Shown: piece after piece, positions 19,220 to 28,874 of the stretch
How the letters are laid out: every line of letters begins with the position of its first letter
How positions within the stretch are numbered: position 1 is the first letter of the stretch
Assembly (NCBI GenBank): GCA_035533875.1
Contig: DATLSZ010000031.1
Span: 871 to 64,870, forward strand
Source of the DNA: Candidatus Acidiferrales bacterium
GTDB lineage: Bacteria; Patescibacteriota; Microgenomatia; Levybacterales; UBA12049
Length of the DNA: 64,000 nt
Reading direction: 5' to 3'
Program-made: the position numbers and the translations under genes
Notes under the pieces: model-generated
Told to the model about the DNA's origin: nothing
Seen by the model: only the letters and a program-made list of their open reading frames with translations
Database searches by the model: none

Positions 19220-19923
19220 TGAAATTATCAATAATTATTCCTGTTTATCATGAAGAAAAAAATATAGAAAAAGTGATCAAGCAGCTTTCTTTAAAGGTCA
19301 AAACTCCACATGAGACACTGATTGTCTATGATACAAAAAAAGACCCGACTTATGCGGTAGCGAAAAAGATTCTTCCTAAATACAAACTTGTAAAGCTTGT
19401 TGAAAATAAAATCGGAAACAAAAGAGGTGTCATAAATGCTATAAAAACCGGCATACAAAAAGCGAAAGGATCTGCATTGGTTATTGTCATGGCTGATCTT
19501 TCCGATGATTTAAAAATCATTGATCCCATGATCTCTCTAACAGAAAAAGGTTATGACATCGTCTGCGGTTCGCGGTATATGAAGCAAGGGAAAAAAATCG
19601 GTGGACCCTTTTTTAAAACACTCCTCTCCAAAATTGCCGGGTTAACATTATTTTATTTCTTTCAAATTCCTACTCATGATGCAACAAATGCTTTCAAAAT
19701 GTATAAAAAAAATATTTTTGAAACTATTCACATTAAAAGCACTGGTGGTTTTGAATATTCCCTTGAGATAATAATTAAAGCACATAAATTAGGTTATAGA
19801 ATAACCGAAATCCCATCAATCTGGAAAGACAGAGAAGCAGGAAAATCAAATTTCAAACTTTTCCGATGGCTTCCGAAATATATCATGACTTACGCGCTTA
19901 TTTTCAAACATATTGAGAAATGA
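19219..19923 (+). CDS. GT2, dolichyl/polyprenyl-phosphate mannosyltransferase (DPM1)-like, soluble form
   Basis: LSIIIPVYHEEKNI, VMADLSDD, GGFEYSLEIIIKAHKLGYRITEIP...REAGKSNF. Confidence 0.7.
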   Translation: MKLSIIIPVYHEEKNIEKVIKQLSLKVKTPHETLIVYDTKKDPTYAVAKKILPKYKLVKLVENKIGNKRGVINAIKTGIQKAKGSALVIVMADLSDDLKIIDPMISLTEKGYDIVCGSRYMKQGKKIGGPFFKTLLSKIAGLTLFYFFQIPTHDATNAFKMYKKNIFETIHIKSTGGFEYSLEIIIKAHKLGYRITEIPSIWKDREAGKSNFKLFRWLPKYIMTYALIFKHIEK

Positions 19924-19929
19924 TGAGGT

Positions 19930-20586
19930 ATGCAAAAATTAACTATTGAAAAAAAACTATATAAAAATAGATTTGGCAAAGAATTCAAAAAAAGAAACGC
20001 TCTATGGAGTATTTTGTGCAAACAATTTTTTCAACAATTTATTTTCACAAATGATATCGTTCTTGATGTGGCAACAGGATACGGCGAATTTATCAATAAT
20101 ATTACCTGCAAGAAAAAATTTGCGCTTGATATTAATCCTGATTCAAAAAAATATATGCAGTCCACTGTCACTTTTTTACTTTGTCCTTCAACTAAGATCA
20201 AACTCAAAGAAAAGTCAGTCGATAAAATATTTCTCAGCAATTTTTTCGAGCATATAACCCGTGAAGAAATTTTACAAACGATAACAGAATTTCATCGAAT
20301 ACTCAAGCCTTCTGGGAAAATTCTTATTTTACAACCCAATATCCGGTTTTGTTCCAAAGATTATTGGATGTTTTTTGATCATATCACTCCTATTGATGAT
20401 CGTGCACTTGAAGAAGCATTTTCGTATGCAGGATTCAAAACTGATTTGAGAATAGAAAGATTTTTACCGTTTACTACCAAAAGTGCGATGCCGCAACACC
20501 CTTTTTTTGTTCACCTCTATTTATCGCTGAAACCTGCATGGCGAATCTTTGGCAAACAGAGTTTTTTAATTTTTGAAAAAACATAG
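19930..20586 (+). CDS. SAM-dependent methyltransferase
   Basis: VLDVATGYGEFI; FFEHITREEILQTITEFHRILKPSGKILILQPN. Confidence 0.65.
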   Translation: MQKLTIEKKLYKNRFGKEFKKRNALWSILCKQFFQQFIFTNDIVLDVATGYGEFINNITCKKKFALDINPDSKKYMQSTVTFLLCPSTKIKLKEKSVDKIFLSNFFEHITREEILQTITEFHRILKPSGKILILQPNIRFCSKDYWMFFDHITPIDDRALEEAFSYAGFKTDLRIERFLPFTTKSAMPQHPFFVHLYLSLKPAWRIFGKQSFLIFEKT

Positions 20587-20629
20587 ATGAGCATTGAATA
20601 CAAAATTCTGTTCATCTATAATCAAAAAC

Positions 20630-21352
20630 ATGCTGAAAGAAATATCGGTTGTTTTTCCGGCGTTTAACGAAGAAGGAAATATCGTAAAAGCGGTAACCGA
20701 TGCAGATAAATATCTGAAAAAAACTTTCAAGCATTACGAAATAATCGTTGTTAATAACGGAAGCCGTGATAAGACAAAGGCACACGTAGTAGATATTATT
20801 AAATTAAACAAGCATATAAAACTAATTAATTTGCCAATTAATAAAGGATATGGCGGAGGGCTGCGTGCAGGATTTGCAAAAGCCAAATATGAACTCATAT
20901 TCTATACTGATGCAGATAATCAATTTGATATAAAAGAGATCAAACTTCTCCTTCCCTATATTCAAAAATATGATCTCATCTGCGGATATCGAAAAAAACG
21001 CAATGACCCATTGATGCGTGTTTTTACCGCCGGTGTATACAATATCATGATCAATGTACTTTTCAGACTCGGCATTCGCGATGTTGATTGTGCATTCAAA
21101 ATATATAAAAAAAATGTGTTTGATACTCTCAAACTTCATTCCAATACCGGATTCATTGACGCAGAGATTCTTATCAAGGCAAAAAAAGCTGGCTTTACTT
21201 TTTCTCCCCAGGTCGGTGTATCACATTACCCAAGACTAGTCGGTGCAACAACATATGAACTAGGTCCACGAGGACAACTTTTTGCTTTTGTTAAACCACA
21301 AGTAGTAATTGATATCCTGAAAGAAATAAAGACGCTCTGGAGAGAACTATGA
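20630..21352 (+). CDS. GT2, DPM1-like glycosyltransferase
   Basis: The ORF track starts at TTG 20594. I prefer ATG 20630 (MLKEISVVFPAFNEEGNI) because GT2 proteins start a few residues before this strand. IIVVNNGSRDKT, YTDADNQFD. Confidence 0.75.
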   Translation: MLKEISVVFPAFNEEGNIVKAVTDADKYLKKTFKHYEIIVVNNGSRDKTKAHVVDIIKLNKHIKLINLPINKGYGGGLRAGFAKAKYELIFYTDADNQFDIKEIKLLLPYIQKYDLICGYRKKRNDPLMRVFTAGVYNIMINVLFRLGIRDVDCAFKIYKKNVFDTLKLHSNTGFIDAEILIKAKKAGFTFSPQVGVSHYPRLVGATTYELGPRGQLFAFVKPQVVIDILKEIKTLWREL

Positions 21353-22275
21353 AAATTGTTGTAACAGGTGGAGCCGGATTTATCGGCTCACATATAACTG
21401 AGCTACTTTGTGATAAAAAACATTCAGTAAAAGTTATCGATAATTTATCTTTTGGATATGAACGCTTTATTGACAATCGAGCACAATTTATCAAAGGCGA
21501 TATAAATGATGAAAAGCTTTTGAAACGCGTATTGAAAGGTGCAGATGCAGTTGTTCATCTTGCAGCATCAAGCATCATTAAATTCTCTTATGACAATCCC
21601 CTATCGTATTTTGAAAATAACCTCATAAATGGTGTTAAGCTTTTGGATGCAATGAGAATTAACAGAGTAAGCAAAATTATAAATTCATCAACAGCAGCAG
21701 TATATGGAAATCCTCGAACTATTCCGGTTAAAGAGGACGACTTTAAAGAACCGATGAATACATATGGTGCATCCAAACTCGCATTCGAAGAAGCACTTTG
21801 CGCATACTATCATGCGTATGGCATCGATAGTGTTTCTCTCAGATATTTTAATGCTTATGGACCTCGTGATGAACAAAAACCCGCTACCCGCGCAGTACCT
21901 ATGTGGATGAAAGCAATTATCACAAACAAGCCGGTTGAAATGTATTGGAACGGTAAACAAATCAGAGATTATATCTTTGTTAAAGATATTGCAAAAGCGC
22001 ATATCGATGTTCTAAAATTGCGAGGATTACACTATTATAATATCGGATCAGGTAACGGTATTATGATGAAAAATATCATCACAACTATAGAGAAAATAGC
22101 CGGAAAAAAACTAAAAACAATTGATAAAGGAGAAAGAAAAGGAGATCCAGCCAAACTCGTTGCTGATATTTCAAAAATCAAGCGCGAAGTCAGCTGGGAA
22201 CCGCGGACTACACTATTTGAAGGCTTACAAAAAACATTTGAATATTACAATCAGACATTATCTAATAAAATATGA
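21349..22275 (+). CDS. UDP-glucose 4-epimerase-like SDR
   Basis: VTGGAGFIGSH, YGASKLAFE, 308 aa; 4-nt overlaps on both sides. Confidence 0.75.
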   Translation: MKIVVTGGAGFIGSHITELLCDKKHSVKVIDNLSFGYERFIDNRAQFIKGDINDEKLLKRVLKGADAVVHLAASSIIKFSYDNPLSYFENNLINGVKLLDAMRINRVSKIINSSTAAVYGNPRTIPVKEDDFKEPMNTYGASKLAFEEALCAYYHAYGIDSVSLRYFNAYGPRDEQKPATRAVPMWMKAIITNKPVEMYWNGKQIRDYIFVKDIAKAHIDVLKLRGLHYYNIGSGNGIMMKNIITTIEKIAGKKLKTIDKGERKGDPAKLVADISKIKREVSWEPRTTLFEGLQKTFEYYNQTLSNKI

Positions 22276-23252
22276 TCATTTCCAAAACTCCACTTCGTAT
22301 CAGTTTTGTCGGCGGCGGATCCGATATGGCTTCGTTTTATCAACATGAACCGGGAGCTGTAGTCTCGACTACAATTAACAAATACGTATACATAGCTGTT
22401 AATAAAAAATTCGATGATGCAATCCGGTTGAGTTATAAGGAAACAGAGAATGTACCTGATATTTCAAAACTTAAACATAACATCGCTCGAGAGACTTTGC
22501 GATTTCTCAAAATAAAGCAAGGGATTGAAATTTCTTCAATTGGCGATATTCCGGCAGAAACAGGGCTTGCAACTTCAGGTGCCTATACTGTTGGCTTGCT
22601 TAATGCTCTTATTACCTATCAAGGAAAAAGGATGACAGCGGAAGAATTAGCAAGAAACGCTTCAATCATTGAGATAGAAAAAGTAGGCCGTCCAATCGGC
22701 AAACAGGATCAGTATGTAGAAGCATATGGAGGGTTGAATTATATACAATTTAACCCGAACGGGTCTGTAAAAGTAGTGCCGATAAAACTTACTCCTGCAA
22801 AAAAAAAGAAACTCCAGTCACATCTCTTGCTTTTTTACACTGGATACGTTGCCTCTTCAGCAAAAGTTTTATCTAAGCAAAAGCAAATCATGGCAAAACA
22901 AATAGACAAACGGGCAATTATGTCTCAAATGGTAGGCTTGGCAAAAACATTAAAAAAAGAATTGCAGAAAGGAAATATAGATTCTTTTGGAAAACTGCTT
23001 CATGAAAATTGGCTACTTAAGAAAAAAATGGCAGGAGGAATAACAAATCGTAAAATAGATGAATGGTATGAGCAAGCGATAAAAAACGGTGCAATAGGTG
23101 GAAAAATTTGTGGTTCAGGCGGGAGAGGATTTCTGCTCCTCTATGCACCCCCACTTTCGCATAAAAAAATTAATGCAGCTTTATCAGAATTACAACAAGT
23201 AGACTTTTCATTTGAAGAAAAAGGGAGTACAATAATATACAATCAAGCATGA
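22272..23252 (+). CDS. hddA: GHMP sugar kinase, D-glycero-alpha-D-manno-heptose-7-phosphate kinase (HddA)-like
   Basis: N-terminus IISKTPLRISFVGGGSDM and GHMP motif PAETGLATSGAYTVGLLNAL; sits next to gmhA and the hddC::gmhB fusion. Confidence 0.7.
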   Translation: MIISKTPLRISFVGGGSDMASFYQHEPGAVVSTTINKYVYIAVNKKFDDAIRLSYKETENVPDISKLKHNIARETLRFLKIKQGIEISSIGDIPAETGLATSGAYTVGLLNALITYQGKRMTAEELARNASIIEIEKVGRPIGKQDQYVEAYGGLNYIQFNPNGSVKVVPIKLTPAKKKKLQSHLLLFYTGYVASSAKVLSKQKQIMAKQIDKRAIMSQMVGLAKTLKKELQKGNIDSFGKLLHENWLLKKKMAGGITNRKIDEWYEQAIKNGAIGGKICGSGGRGFLLLYAPPLSHKKINAALSELQQVDFSFEEKGSTIIYNQA

Positions 23253-23965
23253 AAAAAAAGAAATCAGAAATAAATGCTTTTATTCAAGAATACCTCAACG
23301 AAGTTAAAAACGCTCTTACAACTCTTGATACCAACACAATTCAAAACGCACTGAACATGATTATTAACGCGCATCAAAAGGGAAAAAGAGTATTTATTTT
23401 CGGCAACGGAGGAAGTGCATCAACAGCTTCTCATATGGCTTGTGATTTGGGAAAGGGTACGCTTTCAAGATTTTATGACAATAAAGAAAAACGACTTCGC
23501 GTCATGTCACTCAATGATAATATGGCACTTCTGACAGCGTATGCCAATGATCTTTCTTTTGAACACGCATTCGTTCAGCAACTGAAAAACTTGGTGGAAA
23601 AAGGAGATCTTGTTATCGTTCTTTCAGGCAGCGGCAACAGTAAAAATCTTATCAAAGCAATAAAATACGCAAAAGATAGAGGAGCGAAAACGATCGGCAT
23701 ACTTGGTTTTAAACACGGCGGCAAACTCGCTGAAATGGTTGACTGCGGCATCATTGTGCAAAGTAGCCATTATGGACCAGTCGAGGACATTCATCTGGTA
23801 TTGAATCATCTCCTGGCGTCTTGTTTTGCAAAAATCAAACGTGAGTATGAAATAGATAAACCGGCAAAAAATAAAGCAGTTCCCTACCCAAATAATTTTC
23901 TTGTTGAAGATGTAAAAATAAAAGATACAAAAAAACAGGATAAAAGAAATGCTACAGTACTCTAA
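23249..23965 (+). CDS. gmhA: Phosphoheptose (sedoheptulose-7-P) isomerase, SIS domain, with Lys-rich C-terminal tail
   Basis: RVFIFGNGGSASTASHMACDLGKG and VLSGSGNSKN are SIS/GmhA motifs. About 40 extra C-terminal residues compared with typical GmhA of about 195 aa. Confidence 0.8.
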   Translation: MKKKKSEINAFIQEYLNEVKNALTTLDTNTIQNALNMIINAHQKGKRVFIFGNGGSASTASHMACDLGKGTLSRFYDNKEKRLRVMSLNDNMALLTAYANDLSFEHAFVQQLKNLVEKGDLVIVLSGSGNSKNLIKAIKYAKDRGAKTIGILGFKHGGKLAEMVDCGIIVQSSHYGPVEDIHLVLNHLLASCFAKIKREYEIDKPAKNKAVPYPNNFLVEDVKIKDTKKQDKRNATVL

Positions 23966-23971
23966 TTCTAC

Positions 23972-25171
23972 ATGCGAAAGATAAAACAGGCAGTTATTCT
24001 GGCAGGCGGTCAAGGAACCCGACTTCGTCCTCTGACGAATAACACACCCAAACCCCTAATTCCAATCAACGGTAAACCATTTGTTCAATACATACTAGAA
24101 AACTTAAAAGAAAATAATATAAGAGAAGTTGTGTTTCTTGTCGGGTATCTAGGTGACAAAATAGAAGAATATTTTGGTGACGGAAGTAAATTTGGGTTAA
24201 AAATATCCTATTCTTATTCACCTATTGAATTCGATACCGGATCACGTATCAGAGAAGCGAGAAAACTTTTTGATGATACGTTTTTGCTTCTTTTTTGCGA
24301 TAATTACTGGCCGCTTGACCTAAAAGAGTTATTAAAATTTTATAATAACGTGGGTACTCCGGCTTCTGTAACTATTTATAAGAACTTTTATAATTATACA
24401 ATTAACAAAATAAAAGTTACTGATAAAAATTTGGTCGAAATTTATGATAAAACAGGCAAGTCAGCGGGATTAAACGGAGTTGATATCGGATATTTTATTC
24501 TAAAAAAGAATTTATTACGAAATCTACCCAAAGAAAACTTCTCTTTTGAAAAAGTGATAATGCAAAAATTAATTACCGAGAAACAACTCGCAGGCTTTAT
24601 GTCAAGTCATAAATACTATGGTTTAAGTAATTTGGAAAGGATACAGGATATAGAAAATTATTTCAAACCGAAGAATGTAATCTTCCTGGATCGGGATGGT
24701 ATTATTAATAAGAAGCCTCCGAGGGCTGATTATGTCAAATCTTGGGATGAATTTCATCTGTTGCCACATGCACTTGAAGCGCTCAAACTATTGACGAAAC
24801 AAAATTATGATATTTATATTGTGACCAATCAAGCTGGCATCGGCAGAGGTATGATGACAGAAAAGGATTTACAAACTATCCATAAGAATTTTCTAAAAAT
24901 ATGTAATGATAACGGAATCACGATAAAACAAATCTACTTTTGCCCTCATGATTGGAATACAAATTGTGAATGCAGGAAACCCAAACCAGGTATGTTCTTT
25001 CAAGCAGCCGCCGAACATAATTTTGATCTCACAAAAGCCCTCTTTATCGGCGATGACGATAGAGATAAGATCGCAGGAGAAGTAGCAGGATGTAAAACAT
25101 ATCTCATGAAACCAAATTCCAGTCTCTTAAAAAAAGTAAAAAGTATTGTTGATCCTAGAATTCTTATTTAA
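23972..25171 (+). CDS. Fusion: sugar-1-phosphate nucleotidyltransferase (HddC-like) + D,D-heptose-1,7-bisphosphate phosphatase (GmhB, HAD)
   Basis: N-terminal half: AVILAGGQGTRLRPLTNNTPKPLIPI. C-terminal half: FLDRDGIIN, VTNQAGIGRG, CPHDWNTNCECRKPKPGM (GmhB Zn-Cys motif), GDDDRD. Confidence 0.75.
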   Translation: MRKIKQAVILAGGQGTRLRPLTNNTPKPLIPINGKPFVQYILENLKENNIREVVFLVGYLGDKIEEYFGDGSKFGLKISYSYSPIEFDTGSRIREARKLFDDTFLLLFCDNYWPLDLKELLKFYNNVGTPASVTIYKNFYNYTINKIKVTDKNLVEIYDKTGKSAGLNGVDIGYFILKKNLLRNLPKENFSFEKVIMQKLITEKQLAGFMSSHKYYGLSNLERIQDIENYFKPKNVIFLDRDGIINKKPPRADYVKSWDEFHLLPHALEALKLLTKQNYDIYIVTNQAGIGRGMMTEKDLQTIHKNFLKICNDNGITIKQIYFCPHDWNTNCECRKPKPGMFFQAAAEHNFDLTKALFIGDDDRDKIAGEVAGCKTYLMKPNSSLLKKVKSIVDPRILI

Positions 25172-25241
25172 TTTAGTATAGAATATAAAAAATCTTGATG
25201 ATAAGATCTCTTTGAACATAATTCATATTATTCTTTAATTT

Positions 25242-26018
25242 ATGAAAGTAATTATACTCTGCGGTGGAATAGGAACACGACTTAAAGAAGAAACAGAATT
25301 CAAACCCAAGCCAATGGTCTATGTCGGGAACAAGCCGATCATCTGGCACATAATGAAGCATTATGCGCTTTTCGGACATAATGAATTCATACTCGCATTG
25401 GGCTACAAAGCAGATTATATAAAAGAGTTTTTTCTCAATCAAAAAGCGTTTACTACAGATTTTACTCTCGATACAGTAACACATAAAACTAAATTTTACC
25501 TCAAAAACAGATCTGAGAATGAAATAGATGATTTTAAAATTACGTTTGTTGATACCGGTTTGGATTCATTAATTGGAGAGCGTTTACTCAGGTGTAAAGA
25601 ATATGTTAAAGATGAAGATACATTTATGGTAACGTATGGTGACGGTGTAAGTGATCTTAATATCAATAAACTAATAAATTTTCATAAAAAACAAGGTACA
25701 ATCGGCACAGTTACTGGAGTACATCCTCGTACCAAATACGGTTTAATAAAAATCGCAAATAACAATATTGTAGAAAAGTTTCAAGAGAAACCCGTGCTTT
25801 CAGATTGGGTAAGTGGCGGCTATATGGTATTTAATAAAAAAATCTTTTCGTATATACGTTCCGATGAAATGGAAATTGAAGCACTTAAAAAATTGATTAA
25901 GAAAAAGCAATTATCAATCTACAAACACCAAGGATTCTGGTTCGCCGTTGACACGTATAAAGAATTAGAGGATCTCAATAAAATCTGGAACGAAAATCCT
26001 CCATGGAAATTATGGTAA
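25242..26018 (+). CDS. rfbF: Glucose-1-phosphate cytidylyltransferase
   Basis: MKVIILCGGIGTRLKEETEFKPKPMV..GNKPIIWHIMKHY, TYGDGVSDLNI, C-terminal PPWKLW; 258 aa. Closely matches my recollection of RfbF. Confidence 0.9.
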   Translation: MKVIILCGGIGTRLKEETEFKPKPMVYVGNKPIIWHIMKHYALFGHNEFILALGYKADYIKEFFLNQKAFTTDFTLDTVTHKTKFYLKNRSENEIDDFKITFVDTGLDSLIGERLLRCKEYVKDEDTFMVTYGDGVSDLNINKLINFHKKQGTIGTVTGVHPRTKYGLIKIANNNIVEKFQEKPVLSDWVSGGYMVFNKKIFSYIRSDEMEIEALKKLIKKKQLSIYKHQGFWFAVDTYKELEDLNKIWNENPPWKLW

Positions 26019-26974
26019 AAATGCTCAAAAATGAAAATATATTAGTTACAGGCGGAACTGGTTTTGTTGGATCACATCTCATCGAGGAACTTATTAAACA
26101 AAAAGCAAGTATTGTGACTACATATCAATTTCAGAATCCGAAATCATATTTTTTTACACAAAAAATGGATAAAAAGGTCACTTTAGTTAATACTAACGTC
26201 TGTGATTATAACGCTCTTTTTCATATTGTAACAAAATACGACATACGCTACATTTTCCATTTAGCTGCACAGCCTTTGGTAGACGTTGCGTATTATAATC
26301 CTGCACAAACAATTAAAACTAATATTATCGGCACTCTTAATATTCTCGAAACCGCAAGACAATATCCTCATTTAAAAGGAATCATTATTACTTCTTCAGA
26401 TAAAGCATATGGAAAAACAAAAAAGAATAAATATATGGAAGATGATTCACTTTCAGGAGACCATCCTTATGAAGTATCTAAATCAGCTGCGGATCTTTTA
26501 TCAAATACATATTTCAAAACATATAATACTCCTTTAGCAATCGTCCGGTTTGGAAATATATATGGCGAGGGAGATATGAACTTTTCCAGATTAATTCCCG
26601 GCACATTAAAAGCCATAATAGATAAAGAAATACTTGAAATAAGAAGTGACGGTACATATATCAGAGATTATCTATACGTAAAAGATGTTATTAAAGGGTA
26701 TATTGCGTTAATGACAGATATAGAGACACTCAAGGGCAATGCTTTTAATTTCGGATCTGAAGAAACGTTATCGGTATTGGAAGTCATAAATAAAATTGAA
26801 TCAATACTAAAAAGAAAAGTCGATGTTAAAATTCTCAAATCAGCCAAGAACGAAATACCGCATCAATCCCTTGATTATGCAAAAGTACGTAAAATGCTTA
26901 ACTGGAAACAAAAATATACATTTGATAAAACAATTCCAAATATATATAAATATTACAATAAGCTCTTAACGTAA
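26003..26974 (+). CDS. NDP-hexose (CDP-glucose) 4,6-dehydratase-like SDR
   Basis: VTGGTGFVGSHL, SSDKAYG, YEVSKSAADLL; directly follows rfbF. Start is ambiguous (ATG at 26003, 26012 or 26021). Confidence 0.6.
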   Translation: MEIMVKMLKNENILVTGGTGFVGSHLIEELIKQKASIVTTYQFQNPKSYFFTQKMDKKVTLVNTNVCDYNALFHIVTKYDIRYIFHLAAQPLVDVAYYNPAQTIKTNIIGTLNILETARQYPHLKGIIITSSDKAYGKTKKNKYMEDDSLSGDHPYEVSKSAADLLSNTYFKTYNTPLAIVRFGNIYGEGDMNFSRLIPGTLKAIIDKEILEIRSDGTYIRDYLYVKDVIKGYIALMTDIETLKGNAFNFGSEETLSVLEVINKIESILKRKVDVKILKSAKNEIPHQSLDYAKVRKMLNWKQKYTFDKTIPNIYKYYNKLLT

Positions 26975-27096
26975 TTCCATTGTATTTACAAAAAGACATT
27001 TTATAACGCACTGTTATAATAAAAGGAATATTGAAAAAATAGAAGCTAACTGTTACACTGTTTGGACAAAATAAACAATAAAAATTATTATTAAAA

Positions 27097-27993
27097 ATGA
27101 AACAAACGATCAGTATTGTTATACCAGCTTTTAATGAAGAACGCGTTATCCTCAAATTAACTACTGCACTTATCCATGCTATGAATGCTCTCCCCCAATT
27201 TGAATTTGAAACAATTATTGTTGAGCACGGATCAACAGACGATACATTTAATCAACTTCTAAAAGCGAGAAAGAAGGATAAAAGAATAAAGATTCTCAAA
27301 CTTGCAAAAAATGTCGGCTGTGACGGTGGCATAATTGCGGGATTGACGTATGCAACAGGTGATGCAGCTATTGTAATGATGGCAGATTTACAGGATAATC
27401 CGAATGCAATTCCACAATTTATCAAAAAATGGCAGGAGGGATATCATGTTGTGTATGCCGTCGTTACTAAACGTCCTCATGTCAAATTCTACAAACAACT
27501 CGGTGCTCTTATTTTTTATAAAATTATGAATTATTTTTCAAATGGTTTAATGCCTGAAAATGTCAGTGATTTTCGACTCATGGATAAATCAGTTTATAGA
27601 GCACTGACAGCGATGCCAGAACATAATAAATTTTTTCGGGGACTAGTTGCTTGGAGCGGCTTTCGACAAACGGGAATACCGGTACCACGAGCAGAAAGAG
27701 CTGCTGGTGAACCAAAGTCAGATTTCAGAACTCTTTTCAAAGTAGCTTCAAATGGGATTATTTCTTTTTCAAATTTCCCATTACGAATTCCCTGGTTATT
27801 TTCAGTACTTTTTTTTCTTGGAGGAGTTATTGCATTACTGTTCACCAACACATTAATAAGTATTCTTTTATTTTCTTTTGCCTTTTTAATGATAGTAATG
27901 GGTATACAAGGAGAATATATTGCTAGAATATTTGAAGAAACCAGAAAAAGACCAAATTTTATTGTTCAAGAACTGCATGGTCTTAAAATATGA
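27097..27993 (+). CDS. GT2 polyprenyl-phosphate glycosyltransferase (GtrB/ArnC-like) with two C-terminal TM helices
   Basis: ISIVIPAFNEERVI, MADLQDNP, two TM helices, then GEYIARIFEETRKRPNFIV. Paralogous in form to 5465..6406. Confidence 0.8.
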   Translation: MKQTISIVIPAFNEERVILKLTTALIHAMNALPQFEFETIIVEHGSTDDTFNQLLKARKKDKRIKILKLAKNVGCDGGIIAGLTYATGDAAIVMMADLQDNPNAIPQFIKKWQEGYHVVYAVVTKRPHVKFYKQLGALIFYKIMNYFSNGLMPENVSDFRLMDKSVYRALTAMPEHNKFFRGLVAWSGFRQTGIPVPRAERAAGEPKSDFRTLFKVASNGIISFSNFPLRIPWLFSVLFFLGGVIALLFTNTLISILLFSFAFLMIVMGIQGEYIARIFEETRKRPNFIVQELHGLKI

Positions 27994-28868
27994 AAACAAA
28001 AAGAGTTAAAGTCGGTATCATCGGTACTGGGAATATCGGTAGTGATCTTTTAAAAAAAGTATTGCGGTCTCATTATTTAGAATGCGGGATATTTACCGGA
28101 CAAAACCCGGATTCCGAAGGAATAAAACGGGCAAAAAAATTAGGAGTAACGACTTCATTTACTTCAATTAAAGCCATCACAGAAAATCCTGACTCATGTG
28201 ATATCGTATTTGATGCTACAAACGCCGAATCACATCTAAAACATGCACCTATTCTGAAAAAAATGGGGAAATTTGTTATAGATTTAACACCTTCTCGAAT
28301 AGGCAAAATGTGTGTACCTGTTATCAATATGACCGAATGTCTAAATGAACAAAATATTAATATGGTAACGTGCGGAGGACAGGTCACTATACCTATAATC
28401 TCAGCTATTATGTCAGTTCATCCGAATACCAAATATGTAGAGATTGTTGGAAGCATTGCATCTAAATCTGCAGGAATTGGTACAAGGAATAATATCGATA
28501 AATATACACAAACGACTAAAGATGCGATTGAAATGCTTGCTAAGGCACCTCTGGCAAAAGCAATTATTATACTTAATCCAGCTGATCCTCCAATAACAAT
28601 GCATAATACGATCTATGCACAAATTGATAACCCTAATCTTGATTTACTAAAAAAGGCAATAGATGTAACTGCGAAAAAAGTCAAACAATATGTTCCTGGG
28701 TATCATGTTGTCGTTGGACCAATCGCTGACAATGATAAAGTAACGATTATGATAGAGGTCCGTGGTGCAGGAGATTTTCTTCCGGCATATGCTGGCAATT
28801 TAGATGTTATCAATGCAGCTGCGATAACGGCTGCAGAAGCATATGCACAAAAAAAACTTCTTGTTTAA
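27990..28868 (+). CDS. Acetaldehyde dehydrogenase (acetylating), DmpF/MhpF family
   Basis: VGIIGTGNIGSDLLKKVLRS, FDATNAESH, NMVTCGGQVTIP (catalytic Cys), IASKSAGIGTR, ILNPADPP, LPAYAGNLD. Collinear with DmpF as I recall it. Confidence 0.9.
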   Translation: MKTKRVKVGIIGTGNIGSDLLKKVLRSHYLECGIFTGQNPDSEGIKRAKKLGVTTSFTSIKAITENPDSCDIVFDATNAESHLKHAPILKKMGKFVIDLTPSRIGKMCVPVINMTECLNEQNINMVTCGGQVTIPIISAIMSVHPNTKYVEIVGSIASKSAGIGTRNNIDKYTQTTKDAIEMLAKAPLAKAIIILNPADPPITMHNTIYAQIDNPNLDLLKKAIDVTAKKVKQYVPGYHVVVGPIADNDKVTIMIEVRGAGDFLPAYAGNLDVINAAAITAAEAYAQKKLLV

Positions 28869-28874
28869 GATATT

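Noticed and set aside
23624-24013. 129-aa minus-strand ORF spanning the gmhA/hddC junction
   Set aside because: Antisense to two well-supported genes, with Phe/Ile/Cys-rich nonsense composition.
27001-27019. Palindrome ttataac-gcact-gttataa after rfbG as a rho-independent terminator
   Set aside because: The stem is 7 bp and all-AT-rich, and no U-run follows. It cannot be distinguished from a chance palindrome in AT-rich DNA.
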